A DNA stretch of 64,000 bases from an uncultured Actinomycetota bacterium. Its GTDB lineage: Bacteria > Actinomycetota > Thermoleophilia > RBG-16-64-13. Shown piece after piece: positions 39,301-48,322 of the stretch. A program made the translations under genes and the position numbers. The stretch covers positions 129,674 to 193,673 of the forward strand of contig CAWGGI010000010.1 in assembly GCA_963822135.1 (NCBI GenBank), given 5' to 3'. The notes under the pieces were generated by a model. That model was not told where the DNA came from. It saw only the letters and a list, made by a program, of their open reading frames with translations, and made no database searches. Position 1 is the stretch's first letter, and each line of letters starts with the position of its first letter.

Positions 39301-41535
39301 TCAGTTTTCCTCCTCGGCCTTGTTTGGTTCCGTTTGTCCAGTGGTGTCCGCTACCGCGGGTGCCTGCGCCGGTTCCGCGGTCTGCGCCGGCTCGGGTTGC
39401 TCGGCCGCGGCCGGCTCCGGCTGTGAGGCCAGCCGCGAGACCAGGATCTCCGCCAGGTCCATGGCCTTGACGGTCTCGCTCTTGCCCGCAGTGCCGATCC
39501 CATCTTCCATCATGGTGAGGCAATAGGGGCAGTTCACCCCGATGACCTCGGGCTGTTTCTCGAGCAGTTGGCCCGCCCGCATCTCGTTGACGCGATGGCC
39601 GGTCTCCTCCTCCATCCACATGCGTCCGCCGCCTGCTCCGCAGCAGATACTCTTGCTCTTGTTGCGGTCGGCCTCCAGCACGGTGACGCCGGGCACGGCT
39701 CTGAGCACCTGCCGGGGAGCGTCGTACTCCTGCTGGTAGCGGCCCAGGTAGCAGGAATCGTGATAGGCCACGCGCGACGGGGTCGCCGAAGTCCCAGCCC
39801 CGGATCGGCTGCCGGACCCATCGCCGGCCGCCACCGCGCCGCCATTACCGGCGGCGCCGAGCTTCAGTCTGCCCTGCTCCAGCAGCTGGGCCAGAAGCTG
39901 GGTATGGTGGACCACCTCGTAGGTGCCGCCGAAGCCCGGATACTCGTTCTTGAGCGTGTTCACGCAATGGGGGCAGGTGGCCACTATCTTGGTGACCCCC
40001 AGGGAGTTCAGAGTCTCGACGTTCTCCTGCGCGAGCGACTGGAACAGGTACTCGTTCCCGATCCGCCGCGCGGGATCGCCGCAGCACTTCTCCTCTTTGC
40101 CCAGGATCGAGAAGGTGACCCCGGCCTCGGTGAGCAATCGAGCCACAGCCTTGCTCACTTTGACGTTGCGGTCGTCGAAAGCGCCGGCGCACCCGACCCA
40201 GTAGAGGTACTCGCCCACCTCGCCGTCGCCGGCGAGCGGGATGCCGAGCTCCTTGGCCCAGTTGCCCCGGTTCTGATTGCCGACACCCCAGGGGTTGGAG
40301 TTCTTCTCGATGTTGCGCAGAGCGAGTTGGGCCTCTTTCGGGAAGTCGCCCACGTCGAGCACCAGGTTGCGGCGCATGTCGATGATCTTGTTGATGTGCT
40401 CGTTCTGGACCGGGCACTGTTCCTGGCAGGAATAGCAGGTGGTACAGGCCCATATCTCGTCCTCGGAGATGACATCGCCGATCAAGGTCTTTTCCGCTTC
40501 GGCGACGGCTGTCGCAGCGCCGGCCTTCGCTGCCGTGCCGGCCGCTGTGCCCGCTGCCGCACCGTCCGACCCGGCTTCGGCAGTGGCCTTGCCGTTCCGC
40601 TTCCGGGCGGCGCCCGTCTCGTCGAGGTGGTCTTTGAGCTTGGTCATCAGCAGCTTGGGATTGAGGGCCTTGCCGCTCTGCGTGGCCGGGCAGTGCTCCT
40701 GGCAGCGCCCGCATTCCGCGCAGGCGTACACATCGAGTAGCTGCTTGCGGGTGAAGCCCTCGATCTTGCTGACGCCGAACTCCTCGATGTCCTCGTTCTC
40801 CAGGTCGAGGGCGACGATCTGTGCGCCCCGCGGTTTGAGGTTACGGAACCACTCGTTGACCGGGCACATGATCAGGTGCATGTGCTTGGACACGGGGATG
40901 TAGACGAGGAACGCGAGGAGCAGGACGACGTGTATCCACCACAAGACCAATCTGCCGGTCTCCAGCGCCTCGGTGCTCAGCGACGTGAGAGCGTTCCCGA
41001 TGGCTGCGGAGATGAAAGCGCCGTCCATGGCGTCGGTGTAGTCGAGCGCGTAGTTGAAGCCGCTGTAGAGGAGCTCCGAGACGATGAGGAAGAAGATGAG
41101 CCCGAGGATGATCCCCGCCTCGGCACTCGGCTCCAGCCGCGTCTTTCTCACGACATAGCGGATGTAGGCGATGACGATGAGTCCCACCAGCACGATCAGG
41201 CTGAGCAGATCCTTGATGAACAGGAAGGTGTAGTTGTCTGCCCAGGGGAAGGTGAAGCCCGGGCTGATCCCCTCCGCGATGATCTGCAGCGTGCCGAAGG
41301 CGATGACGATGAAGCCCCAGAAGATGAAGAAGTGGATGACCCCCACTCTCTCCTTGAAGAGCTTCTTCTGGCCGAAGACCAGGGTGACGAAGCCGGCCGT
41401 CCGCGCGACAGGACGGTCCCACCTGGATTCCGGCCGACCCAGCATGACGAACCCCACGCGCCGGGCGAGGGCGTAGGCGAAGAAAGCCAGCGAGAGGACC
41501 AGGACCGCTATGAAGATGGCGCCCGAGACGGTCAA
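39301..41535 (-). CDS. membrane-anchored HdrD-like Fe-S oxidoreductase (Etf-associated, DUF224/CCG type)
   Basis: Intact 744 aa. About 6 N-terminal TM helices, CAECGRCQEHCP and CTTCYSCQEQCP clusters, two CCG regions (WVGCAGAF..EKCCGDP; HDSCYLGRY..SICCGAGGG). Ala/Gly-rich inserts and a Pro/Ala/Glu tail. Confidence 0.8.
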   Translation of the reverse strand: MTVSGAIFIAVLVLSLAFFAYALARRVGFVMLGRPESRWDRPVARTAGFVTLVFGQKKLFKERVGVIHFFIFWGFIVIAFGTLQIIAEGISPGFTFPWADNYTFLFIKDLLSLIVLVGLIVIAYIRYVVRKTRLEPSAEAGIILGLIFFLIVSELLYSGFNYALDYTDAMDGAFISAAIGNALTSLSTEALETGRLVLWWIHVVLLLAFLVYIPVSKHMHLIMCPVNEWFRNLKPRGAQIVALDLENEDIEEFGVSKIEGFTRKQLLDVYACAECGRCQEHCPATQSGKALNPKLLMTKLKDHLDETGAARKRNGKATAEAGSDGAAAGTAAGTAAKAGAATAVAEAEKTLIGDVISEDEIWACTTCYSCQEQCPVQNEHINKIIDMRRNLVLDVGDFPKEAQLALRNIEKNSNPWGVGNQNRGNWAKELGIPLAGDGEVGEYLYWVGCAGAFDDRNVKVSKAVARLLTEAGVTFSILGKEEKCCGDPARRIGNEYLFQSLAQENVETLNSLGVTKIVATCPHCVNTLKNEYPGFGGTYEVVHHTQLLAQLLEQGRLKLGAAGNGGAVAAGDGSGSRSGAGTSATPSRVAYHDSCYLGRYQQEYDAPRQVLRAVPGVTVLEADRNKSKSICCGAGGGRMWMEEETGHRVNEMRAGQLLEKQPEVIGVNCPYCLTMMEDGIGTAGKSETVKAMDLAEILVSRLASQPEPAAAEQPEPAQTAEPAQAPAVADTTGQTEPNKAEEEN

Positions 41536-41552
41536 GACTTCCGCCCCGGTCC

Positions 41553-42542
41553 CTAAGACGCGGCCTTACGGCGGCGGATCTCTTCCGTCAGCGCCGGCAG
41601 GACCTTGAACACGTCGCCCACCACGCCGAAGTCGGCGAAGGAGAAGATGGGGGCGTCGGGATCCTTGTTGATGGCCACGATGTACTGCGAGGTCTGCATG
41701 CCGGCACGATGCTGGATGGCGCCCGAGATGCCGCAGGCGATGTACAGCTGCGGAGAGACGGTCTTGCCCGTCTGGCCTACCTGCTGCTGATGGTGCTTCC
41801 AGCCGGCATCCACCGCCGCGCGGCTGGCGCCGACCGCGGCCCCGAGCTCGGCGGCCAGTTCCTCGACGATGGCAAAGCTCTCGGCGTTGCCCATCCCCCG
41901 GCCGCCCGAGACGATGATGGAGGCTTCCTCGAGGCTGATGACGCCCAGGTTCTCGCAGACCACGTCGACGATCTTGGTCAGGAGGCTGGAGGCGGCGAAG
42001 TCCACCGTCAAGGGGACGATCTGCGGGTCGCCCGCGACTTCTTCCCGCGCGAACGAGCTGGGCCGCACGGTGGCGATGACCGGCTCGGACGCCACTTCTT
42101 TCTCGGCGATGATGCCGCCGCCGAAGCACGGATGCGTCGCGACCACACGGCCGTCTCTCACGTCCAGCCCGGTGACGTCGACCAGGACGCCCACACCGAG
42201 GCGGGCCGCGCACGCGGCCGCCAGGTCGCGCCCGTCGGGCGAGCCGGCGAACAGCACCACTGCGGGATCGGCCGCTTTGATAGCCGCCATCGCCGCGTCG
42301 GTATAGGCCCCGGAGCGGAAGGTCTCGAGTTCAGGGCTCGTGGCGGTGTAGACCTTTGCCGCCCCGTAGCGGCCGGCCTGTACGGCCAACGGCTCGGTAT
42401 CGGCACCGATGACCGCCGCGCATACGTCGCCCCCGATATCGCCGGCGAGCGCACGGGCGCGGGTGAGACTCTCGAGCGATACGTTGGCGAGCCGGCCCTG
42501 GACCGCATCGCCGACGACAAGGATCCCCATCTTGTTACCCAC
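41553..42542 (-). CDS. etfA: electron transfer flavoprotein subunit alpha
   Basis: Intact 329 aa. [44 protein letters not shown]. Confidence 0.9.
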   Translation of the reverse strand: MGNKMGILVVGDAVQGRLANVSLESLTRARALAGDIGGDVCAAVIGADTEPLAVQAGRYGAAKVYTATSPELETFRSGAYTDAAMAAIKAADPAVVLFAGSPDGRDLAAACAARLGVGVLVDVTGLDVRDGRVVATHPCFGGGIIAEKEVASEPVIATVRPSSFAREEVAGDPQIVPLTVDFAASSLLTKIVDVVCENLGVISLEEASIIVSGGRGMGNAESFAIVEELAAELGAAVGASRAAVDAGWKHHQQQVGQTGKTVSPQLYIACGISGAIQHRAGMQTSQYIVAINKDPDAPIFSFADFGVVGDVFKVLPALTEEIRRRKAAS

Positions 42543-42555
42543 GGCTATCTCCTCT

Positions 42556-43332
42556 CTAGACGAGCTTTTCGCTCGCCAGGAAGTCGGCGATCTGCTTGGC
42601 CCCGTCGCCGTCGTCCTCGATCTTGACCCCGGCTTTGCGCGCCTCGGCTACGCGGGCGGTGGTGACGCGGGTCGCGGCGCCGGCCAGTCCGATGCGGGCG
42701 CTATCGAGACCGAGGGAGGCGGCGTCCTTGGCATCCACCGGCTTGCGCTTGGCTCCGAGGATGCCCTTCATGGTGGGGTAGCGGGGCTCGTTGATGCCCT
42801 TGATCACCGAGATGACGGCGGGCAACGGGCATTCATACGCGACGTAGCCCAGTTCCGTCTCCCGCCGTACGGCCAGGCTGGAGCCGTCCGCTTCCACCTT
42901 GGCCAGCGAGGAGAGCAGGGGCAGGCCCAGCAACTCCGCCACGGCAGCCGGCACGCAGCCGGTCTCGCCGTCGGTGGAGCGGTTGCCGAAGATCACGAGG
43001 TCGAACTGGAGAGTCTTGAGAGCCTCGGCCAGCGCATAGGCCGTACCCTGGACATCGGATCCGGCGAGAGCCGCGTCGGAGACCAGCACGGCGCCGTCGG
43101 CGCCCATCGCCAAGGCCTTGCGGATGGCCTCCTCGGCCTCTTCCGGGCCCATGCAGAGCACCGTGACCTCGCCACCGTGCGCCTCCTGGAGTAGGAGCGC
43201 CTCCTCGACCGCGTACTCGTCGTACGGGTTGAGGACGGAATCGACGCTACGGTCGAGCCGCCAGGATTCAGGGTCGAGCCGCTTCTCGGCTTCGGTGTCG
43301 ACCACCTGTTTCACGCAAACGACGATGTTCAC
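42556..43332 (-). CDS. etfB: electron transfer flavoprotein subunit beta
   Basis: Intact 258 aa with a GTG start. MNIVVCVKQVVDTEA..LNPYDEYAVEEAL..DLVIFGNRSTDGETG. Confidence 0.9.
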   Translation of the reverse strand: MNIVVCVKQVVDTEAEKRLDPESWRLDRSVDSVLNPYDEYAVEEALLLQEAHGGEVTVLCMGPEEAEEAIRKALAMGADGAVLVSDAALAGSDVQGTAYALAEALKTLQFDLVIFGNRSTDGETGCVPAAVAELLGLPLLSSLAKVEADGSSLAVRRETELGYVAYECPLPAVISVIKGINEPRYPTMKGILGAKRKPVDAKDAASLGLDSARIGLAGAATRVTTARVAEARKAGVKIEDDGDGAKQIADFLASEKLV

Positions 43333-43348
43333 CAGTATTCCCTTCTTT

Positions 43349-43378
43349 CGCGTGGGGACAGTCCCCGCGTGGGGACAG
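43349..43378. repeat. 13-bp direct repeat CGCGTGGGGACAG x2 with embedded hairpin GGGGACaGTCCCC
   Basis: Copies at 43349-43361 and 43366-43378, immediately upstream of the etfB start (43332, minus strand). Confidence 0.8.
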
Positions 43379-43418
43379 CCCTACATGATACCTAGTATGA
43401 GAAGTGCGGGGTGATTTC

Positions 43419-43452
43419 CGATAACTTTTCATCGAGGGCAGGAAGTATTACG
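43419..43452. promoter_or_regulatory. candidate LysR operator, copy A (inverted relative to copy B)
   Basis: The reverse complement CGTAATACTTCCTGCCctcgATGAAAAGTtatcg matches 44391-44420 (CGTAATACTTCCTGCCagccATGAAAAGTa). It contains ACTT-N-AAGT dyad ends. Confidence 0.55.
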
Positions 43453-43463
43453 ATGGTGTATAG

Positions 43464-44357
43464 ATGGAGTTGGACCTCTTCAGATCCTTTCTGGCGGTAG
43501 CCGACGCGCGCAGCTTCAGCCGCGCGGCGCGGGTCACCCATTCGACCCAGCCCACGCTCAGCCGGCAGATCGCCCGTCTCGAGGGCGAACTGGGCACCAG
43601 GCTGTTCGAGCGTTACGGACGCCACGTGGAACTCACCTTCAGCGGACAACTCCTCGTGCCCCTCGCCCAGGCGATCGTGGCGCGGACAGAGGACGCCATC
43701 AGCCTCATGCGGGAGCAGGCGGGGGCCGGAGCAAGCACCATCCGCTTCGGCGCAGTGGGCAACGTCTTCGCCCTGGTCCTCACCCCCATCCTGGTCTCGT
43801 TTCTCGCCACGTATCCTCGGGTGACGGTCGACCTCATCGAGAAGGACGACGCCGCTCTCGAAGAAGCCGTGATCAGCGGGGAACTCGACTGTGCCGTCAT
43901 CACTCCTTGGGGCTCCAGCCGGGTCGCGACACAGTACCTCCTGACCGAAGAGATCCTCCTCGTGGTCCCGTCGGGGCATAGATTGGCCGGCCTGAGTGCT
44001 GTGACGCTCGAGATGGCCGCCCACGAGCCGATACTCCTGCCCCGGGCGACCATGAACGCGGGCAACGTGATCGTCGACGCGTTTCGCCGGGCGGGCGTCG
44101 AACCCAAGTTCTCCGCCTACCGGGCCAACTATCCGGAACTGACCAAGGCGCTGGTGCGCAAAGGTCTGGGAGTGGCCCCCATGCCCAAGATGCTGGCAGC
44201 CCCCGACACCCTCGACGGACTGGTCGCCATCCCCTTCCAGAAGCCCCTGTCCCGAGATCTCGTCTTCATCTATCCGCGCGACCGGCCGCTGACGGCCGCG
44301 GCCCGCGCTCTCATGGCGCATGTCCGCGCCGGCGTGCAGCACCCCGGCGGCTCCTGA
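43464..44357 (+). CDS. LysR family transcriptional regulator
   Basis: Intact 297 aa. MELDLFRSFLAVADARSFSRAARVTHSTQPTLSRQIARLEGELGTRLFER. Confidence 0.9.
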   Translation: MELDLFRSFLAVADARSFSRAARVTHSTQPTLSRQIARLEGELGTRLFERYGRHVELTFSGQLLVPLAQAIVARTEDAISLMREQAGAGASTIRFGAVGNVFALVLTPILVSFLATYPRVTVDLIEKDDAALEEAVISGELDCAVITPWGSSRVATQYLLTEEILLVVPSGHRLAGLSAVTLEMAAHEPILLPRATMNAGNVIVDAFRRAGVEPKFSAYRANYPELTKALVRKGLGVAPMPKMLAAPDTLDGLVAIPFQKPLSRDLVFIYPRDRPLTAAARALMAHVRAGVQHPGGS

Positions 44358-44391
44358 TCCGCGCCGGGTCGGGCCTCACCCATACGCAGCC

Positions 44392-44420
44392 GTAATACTT
44401 CCTGCCAGCCATGAAAAGTA
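44392..44420. promoter_or_regulatory. candidate LysR operator, copy B, upstream of the acyl-CoA dehydrogenase
   Basis: GTAATACTTCCTGCCAGCCATGAAAAGTA (TACTT-N15-AAGTA dyad) lies 74 nt upstream of ATG 44494. Confidence 0.55.
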
Positions 44421-44493
44421 CGGGTGAAGGGCCTTGCGTTGATAGGCGGGGGACTATCATGTGCGCTGGAGTACAAGAGCAGAAGGAGCACGC

Positions 44494-45723
44494 ATGGACT
44501 TTAGACTGACCGACGTGCAGGAAATGACGCGCGACATGGTGCGCGACTTCGCCCAGAACGAAGTCAAGCCCGCCGCCCTGGAGCTGGACAAGAAGACCAA
44601 GCCTGAGGACTGTATCCCGTGGGATCTTCTCAAGAAGGCCTCCAAACTGGGCCTGCGGACCGCCGCTATCCCGGAAGAGTGGGGCGGCGAAGGCGCCGAT
44701 TACACCACGCTGGCCATCATCCTCGAAGAACTGGGTGCGGCCGACCACGGTTTCGCCAGCATCATCCGCGGCTGTTTCACCGAGTCGCCGCGGCTCGTGC
44801 ATGAGCTCAACCCCGAGCAACGGGACGAGTTCCTGCCCAAGTTCCTCAAAGACGACACCTTCCTGCTCGGTCTGGCCCGCACCGAGCCCGATGCCGGCAC
44901 CGACTCGCACTTCCTGTACGACGTGCCGGGCGCGTCCATCCAGACCTACGCCGAGAAGCAGGGCGACGAGTACGTCATCAACGGCACCAAGCACTTCATC
45001 TCCAGCGGCGGCGTGGCCAAGCTGTACTTCCTCTACGCCCGCACGGACAAGAAGGGCCCCATCTCCACCAGCATGAGCGTGTTCCTGGTGCCCTCCGACA
45101 CGCCCGGTTTCACCATCGGCCGCTTCCACAACAAGTTAGGACGTCGACTACTGCCCAACGCCGAACTGGTGTTCCAGAACGCCCGCATCCCCGCCCGCTA
45201 CCTCATCGGCAAAGAGGGCGAGGCCTGGGGTACCGAGGGCGAAGGCGGAGGCGGTCCACAGAAGGACTGGACCAAGGGTCCCGGCGCTCCCCCGCCGTTC
45301 GGACTGCTCGGTGCCGCCGTCAACCTGGGCACCGTCCGCGCCTGTTACGACGAGGCTCTCGCCTACTGCCGGCAGCGCATCCAGGGCGGCCGGCCGGTCA
45401 TCGAACAGCAGCACGTGGCCATCGACCTCGCGCGCATGAAGGTACAGATCGCGGCTGCTCAGGCCCTGCTGTACAAGTCGTGCTGGGCCTGGGAGACGCG
45501 CACCGATTACGATCCCAAGATGGGCATGCTGTTCAAGGCCTACGTCGACGAGATCGGCGTGCAGATCGCCAGCAAGGCCATCGGGCTCTTCGGCGGGATG
45601 GGCACCGGGGACGACGACTTCCCCATCCAGAAGTATCTCCGCGACGTGTACACGTTCCTCCACGGCTTCTCCACCACCGAGGTGGCGCTGCTCATCGGCG
45701 CCCCGACCGTGGACAAGGGCTGA
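44494..45723 (+). CDS. acyl-CoA dehydrogenase family protein
   Basis: Start MDFRLTD after GAAGGAG. ARTEPDAGTD, YVINGTKHFISSGG, FPIQKYLRDV. Carries an unusual Gly/Pro-rich insert GTEGEGGGGPQKDWTKGPGAPPP. Confidence 0.8.
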   Translation: MDFRLTDVQEMTRDMVRDFAQNEVKPAALELDKKTKPEDCIPWDLLKKASKLGLRTAAIPEEWGGEGADYTTLAIILEELGAADHGFASIIRGCFTESPRLVHELNPEQRDEFLPKFLKDDTFLLGLARTEPDAGTDSHFLYDVPGASIQTYAEKQGDEYVINGTKHFISSGGVAKLYFLYARTDKKGPISTSMSVFLVPSDTPGFTIGRFHNKLGRRLLPNAELVFQNARIPARYLIGKEGEAWGTEGEGGGGPQKDWTKGPGAPPPFGLLGAAVNLGTVRACYDEALAYCRQRIQGGRPVIEQQHVAIDLARMKVQIAAAQALLYKSCWAWETRTDYDPKMGMLFKAYVDEIGVQIASKAIGLFGGMGTGDDDFPIQKYLRDVYTFLHGFSTTEVALLIGAPTVDKG

Positions 45724-45789
45724 TCAGGTCCGGCTGTCGGCGAGCGACGAGGACCGAACGAGCACTTCAACAGAAGAAGGGACGACGGG

Positions 45790-48321
45790 ATGGCAGAGAA
45801 GACCTTCGTGAACTGTACCGGTGGGGGCCCGATACGGGTCCATGTGGACGACGGCAAGATAACCAAGGTCCGTCCGCTGGTCTTTGACAAGACCGACGCA
45901 CCCTCGTGGACCATCGAGGCCGACGGCAAGAAGTACTCGCCGCCGCGCAAGGCCTGCGTGGCCACGTTCACCCTCACCGAGCGGGCACGCATCTACTCCG
46001 ACGACCGCATCATGTATCCCATGAAGCGGGTGGATTTCGATCCCAAGGGCGCTCCCGGCTCGACCGGAAAGGGCGGCCGCAACGCTCAGAACCGGGGCAA
46101 GTCGCCGTACGAGCGCATCAGCTGGGAGGAGGCGTTCGAGCTGGTGGGGAGCGAGATGATCCGCATCCGCGAGACCTACGGGCCCGAAGCCATCACCTCC
46201 CGCGCCTCCTCGCACCACAACTGGGGCAACGTCGGTTACCGCACCGGGGCCTGGGCCCGCTTCTTCAGCCTCATCGGCTTCACCGACATCTTCGACAACC
46301 CGGACAGCTGGGAAGGCTGGCATTGGGGCGCCACTCACACGTTCGGCTTCTACTGGCGGCTGGGCAATCCCGAGCATTACGACATGCTCGAGGACAACCT
46401 CAAGCACACCGAGCTCATCATCCACTGGGGCAACGACTGCGACACCACCCACGGCATCTACGGCGGCAACGAGTCGGCGCAGTGGCGGCTGTGGTTCCGG
46501 GACAAGGGTGTCAAGCAGATCTTCCTCGATCCCTATTTCAACTACACCGCCGCCCACGTGGGCGACAAGTGGATCTCGTACCGGCCGGGCACCACGTCGG
46601 CCCTGGCGCTCGGCATCGCCCACGTCTGGCTGACGGAGGGCACCTACGACAAGGAATACGTGGCTGCCAAGACCCTCGGCTTCGACGAGTTCAAGGCCTA
46701 TGTCCTTGGCGAGAGCGATGGCGTGCCCAAGACGCCGGAATGGGCGGCCGAGGTCTCCGACGTACCGGCCCGCACCATCGTCGCGCTGGCTCGGGAATGG
46801 GCGTCGCACCGCACCTGCCTCGCCGGCGGCACCAAAGGCGGCGAGGGCGGCTACTGCCGTCAGGCGTACGCCACCGAGCACGCCCGGATGCTGGTGCTTC
46901 TGCAGGCGATGCAGGGACTGGGCAAGCCGGGTGTGGCCATCTGGGGGACGGCCAACGGGCCGCCCTACAACCACACCCTCGACTTCCCCGGCTACGCGAG
47001 CGGGGCCTGCTTCAACCTGATGGCCGAGAAGCCGGTCAACAACCCGGTCAAGCAGCGCCTGTACCGGCTGACGGTGCCCGACGCGATCCTGGACGGGTCG
47101 ACGAGCTGGCTCGGCCAGACCTTCTGCGGCCAGTCGCTGGAACAGCAGTTCATGCCTTACACGTATCCGATGCCGGGTCATTCCGAAGTCAAGATGTTCT
47201 ACCGCTATGGCGGCGCCTTCCTTTCGACCATGGTCGACACCAACAAGTGGGTGCGGATGTACCAGAGCCCGAAGTTGGAGTTCGTGGTCAACCAGGACTG
47301 CTGGTTCTCCACCGAGACCCGGATGGCCGACGTCATCCTGCCGGCCTGCACCAACCTGGAGCGGGACGACATCAGCGAGTATGCGAGTTCGGGCGGCTAC
47401 TCGCTGCACGCTTCGGGCAGCGCCAACCATCGGATCATCATCTACCAGCAGAAGTGCATCGAACCCATCGGCGAGTCCAAGTCCGACTACGACATCTTCT
47501 GCGGCCTGGCCAAGAAGCTCGGCGTGTACGAGGAGTACACGGAGGGCAACACCTGGGAGCAGTGGATCGAGAAGATGTTCTACAAGTCGGACCTGCCCCA
47601 GTACGTCAAGTTCAAGGACTTCAAGAAGAAGGGCTACTTCCTGGTCCCGCAGATCGCCGACTACAAGCCCACCCCGGCGCTTCGCTGGTGGTATGAGGAC
47701 CGGGAGTGCGACACCCCCGACTTCGGCAACCCGAAGCGCGGCACCCAGAAGGCCAACGAGCTGGGCACCTACAGCGGCAAGATCGAGTTCGTGTCGCAGA
47801 GTCTGAAGGCCCATCTGCCCGACGACGAAGAACGGCCGCCCCTGCCGCGATACATCCCGAGCTGGGAAGGTCACGAGTCGGAGGCGTTCAAGCAGTATCC
47901 GCTTGCGCTCATCTCGCCGCACCCGCGGTTCACCTTCCACACCCACCACGACCACCATGTGCCCTGGTTGTCGGAGATCCCCGGACACCGCCTGCCCAAC
48001 GGCGGCTACTACTACTGGGTCGCCCGGGTACACCCGACCGATGCCGAGGCCAGGGACATCAAGCACGGCGACGTCATCGAGCTGTACAACGACAGGGCCT
48101 CGGTCCTCTGCGTGGCTCACGTGACCGAACGAGCCCGGCCGGGAGTGGTGCATTCGTACGAAGGCTCCGCCAGCTACGATCCCATCGAGCCGGGCAAGGC
48201 CGGGACCACCGACCGTGGCGGCTGCGTCAACCTGCTCACGCCGGGACGCATGCTCTCCCAGAACGTGCCGGGTATGGCTCCCAATTCCTGTCTGATCGAG
48301 ATCCGGAAGTGGGAGGCCTGA
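45790..48321 (+). CDS. molybdopterin oxidoreductase, pyrogallol-phloroglucinol transhydroxylase large-subunit (AthL)-like / resorcinol hydroxylase-like
   Basis: Intact 843 aa with no TAT signal and no N-terminal Cys cluster. YERISWEEA, SSHHNWGNVGYR, NPDSWEGWHWG, ILPACTNLERDDISE, SPHPRFTFHT and DRGGCVNLLTP match, from memory, blocks of the Pelobacter acidigallici enzyme. Confidence 0.7.
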   Translation: MAEKTFVNCTGGGPIRVHVDDGKITKVRPLVFDKTDAPSWTIEADGKKYSPPRKACVATFTLTERARIYSDDRIMYPMKRVDFDPKGAPGSTGKGGRNAQNRGKSPYERISWEEAFELVGSEMIRIRETYGPEAITSRASSHHNWGNVGYRTGAWARFFSLIGFTDIFDNPDSWEGWHWGATHTFGFYWRLGNPEHYDMLEDNLKHTELIIHWGNDCDTTHGIYGGNESAQWRLWFRDKGVKQIFLDPYFNYTAAHVGDKWISYRPGTTSALALGIAHVWLTEGTYDKEYVAAKTLGFDEFKAYVLGESDGVPKTPEWAAEVSDVPARTIVALAREWASHRTCLAGGTKGGEGGYCRQAYATEHARMLVLLQAMQGLGKPGVAIWGTANGPPYNHTLDFPGYASGACFNLMAEKPVNNPVKQRLYRLTVPDAILDGSTSWLGQTFCGQSLEQQFMPYTYPMPGHSEVKMFYRYGGAFLSTMVDTNKWVRMYQSPKLEFVVNQDCWFSTETRMADVILPACTNLERDDISEYASSGGYSLHASGSANHRIIIYQQKCIEPIGESKSDYDIFCGLAKKLGVYEEYTEGNTWEQWIEKMFYKSDLPQYVKFKDFKKKGYFLVPQIADYKPTPALRWWYEDRECDTPDFGNPKRGTQKANELGTYSGKIEFVSQSLKAHLPDDEERPPLPRYIPSWEGHESEAFKQYPLALISPHPRFTFHTHHDHHVPWLSEIPGHRLPNGGYYYWVARVHPTDAEARDIKHGDVIELYNDRASVLCVAHVTERARPGVVHSYEGSASYDPIEPGKAGTTDRGGCVNLLTPGRMLSQNVPGMAPNSCLIEIRKWEA

Positions 48322-48322
48322 G

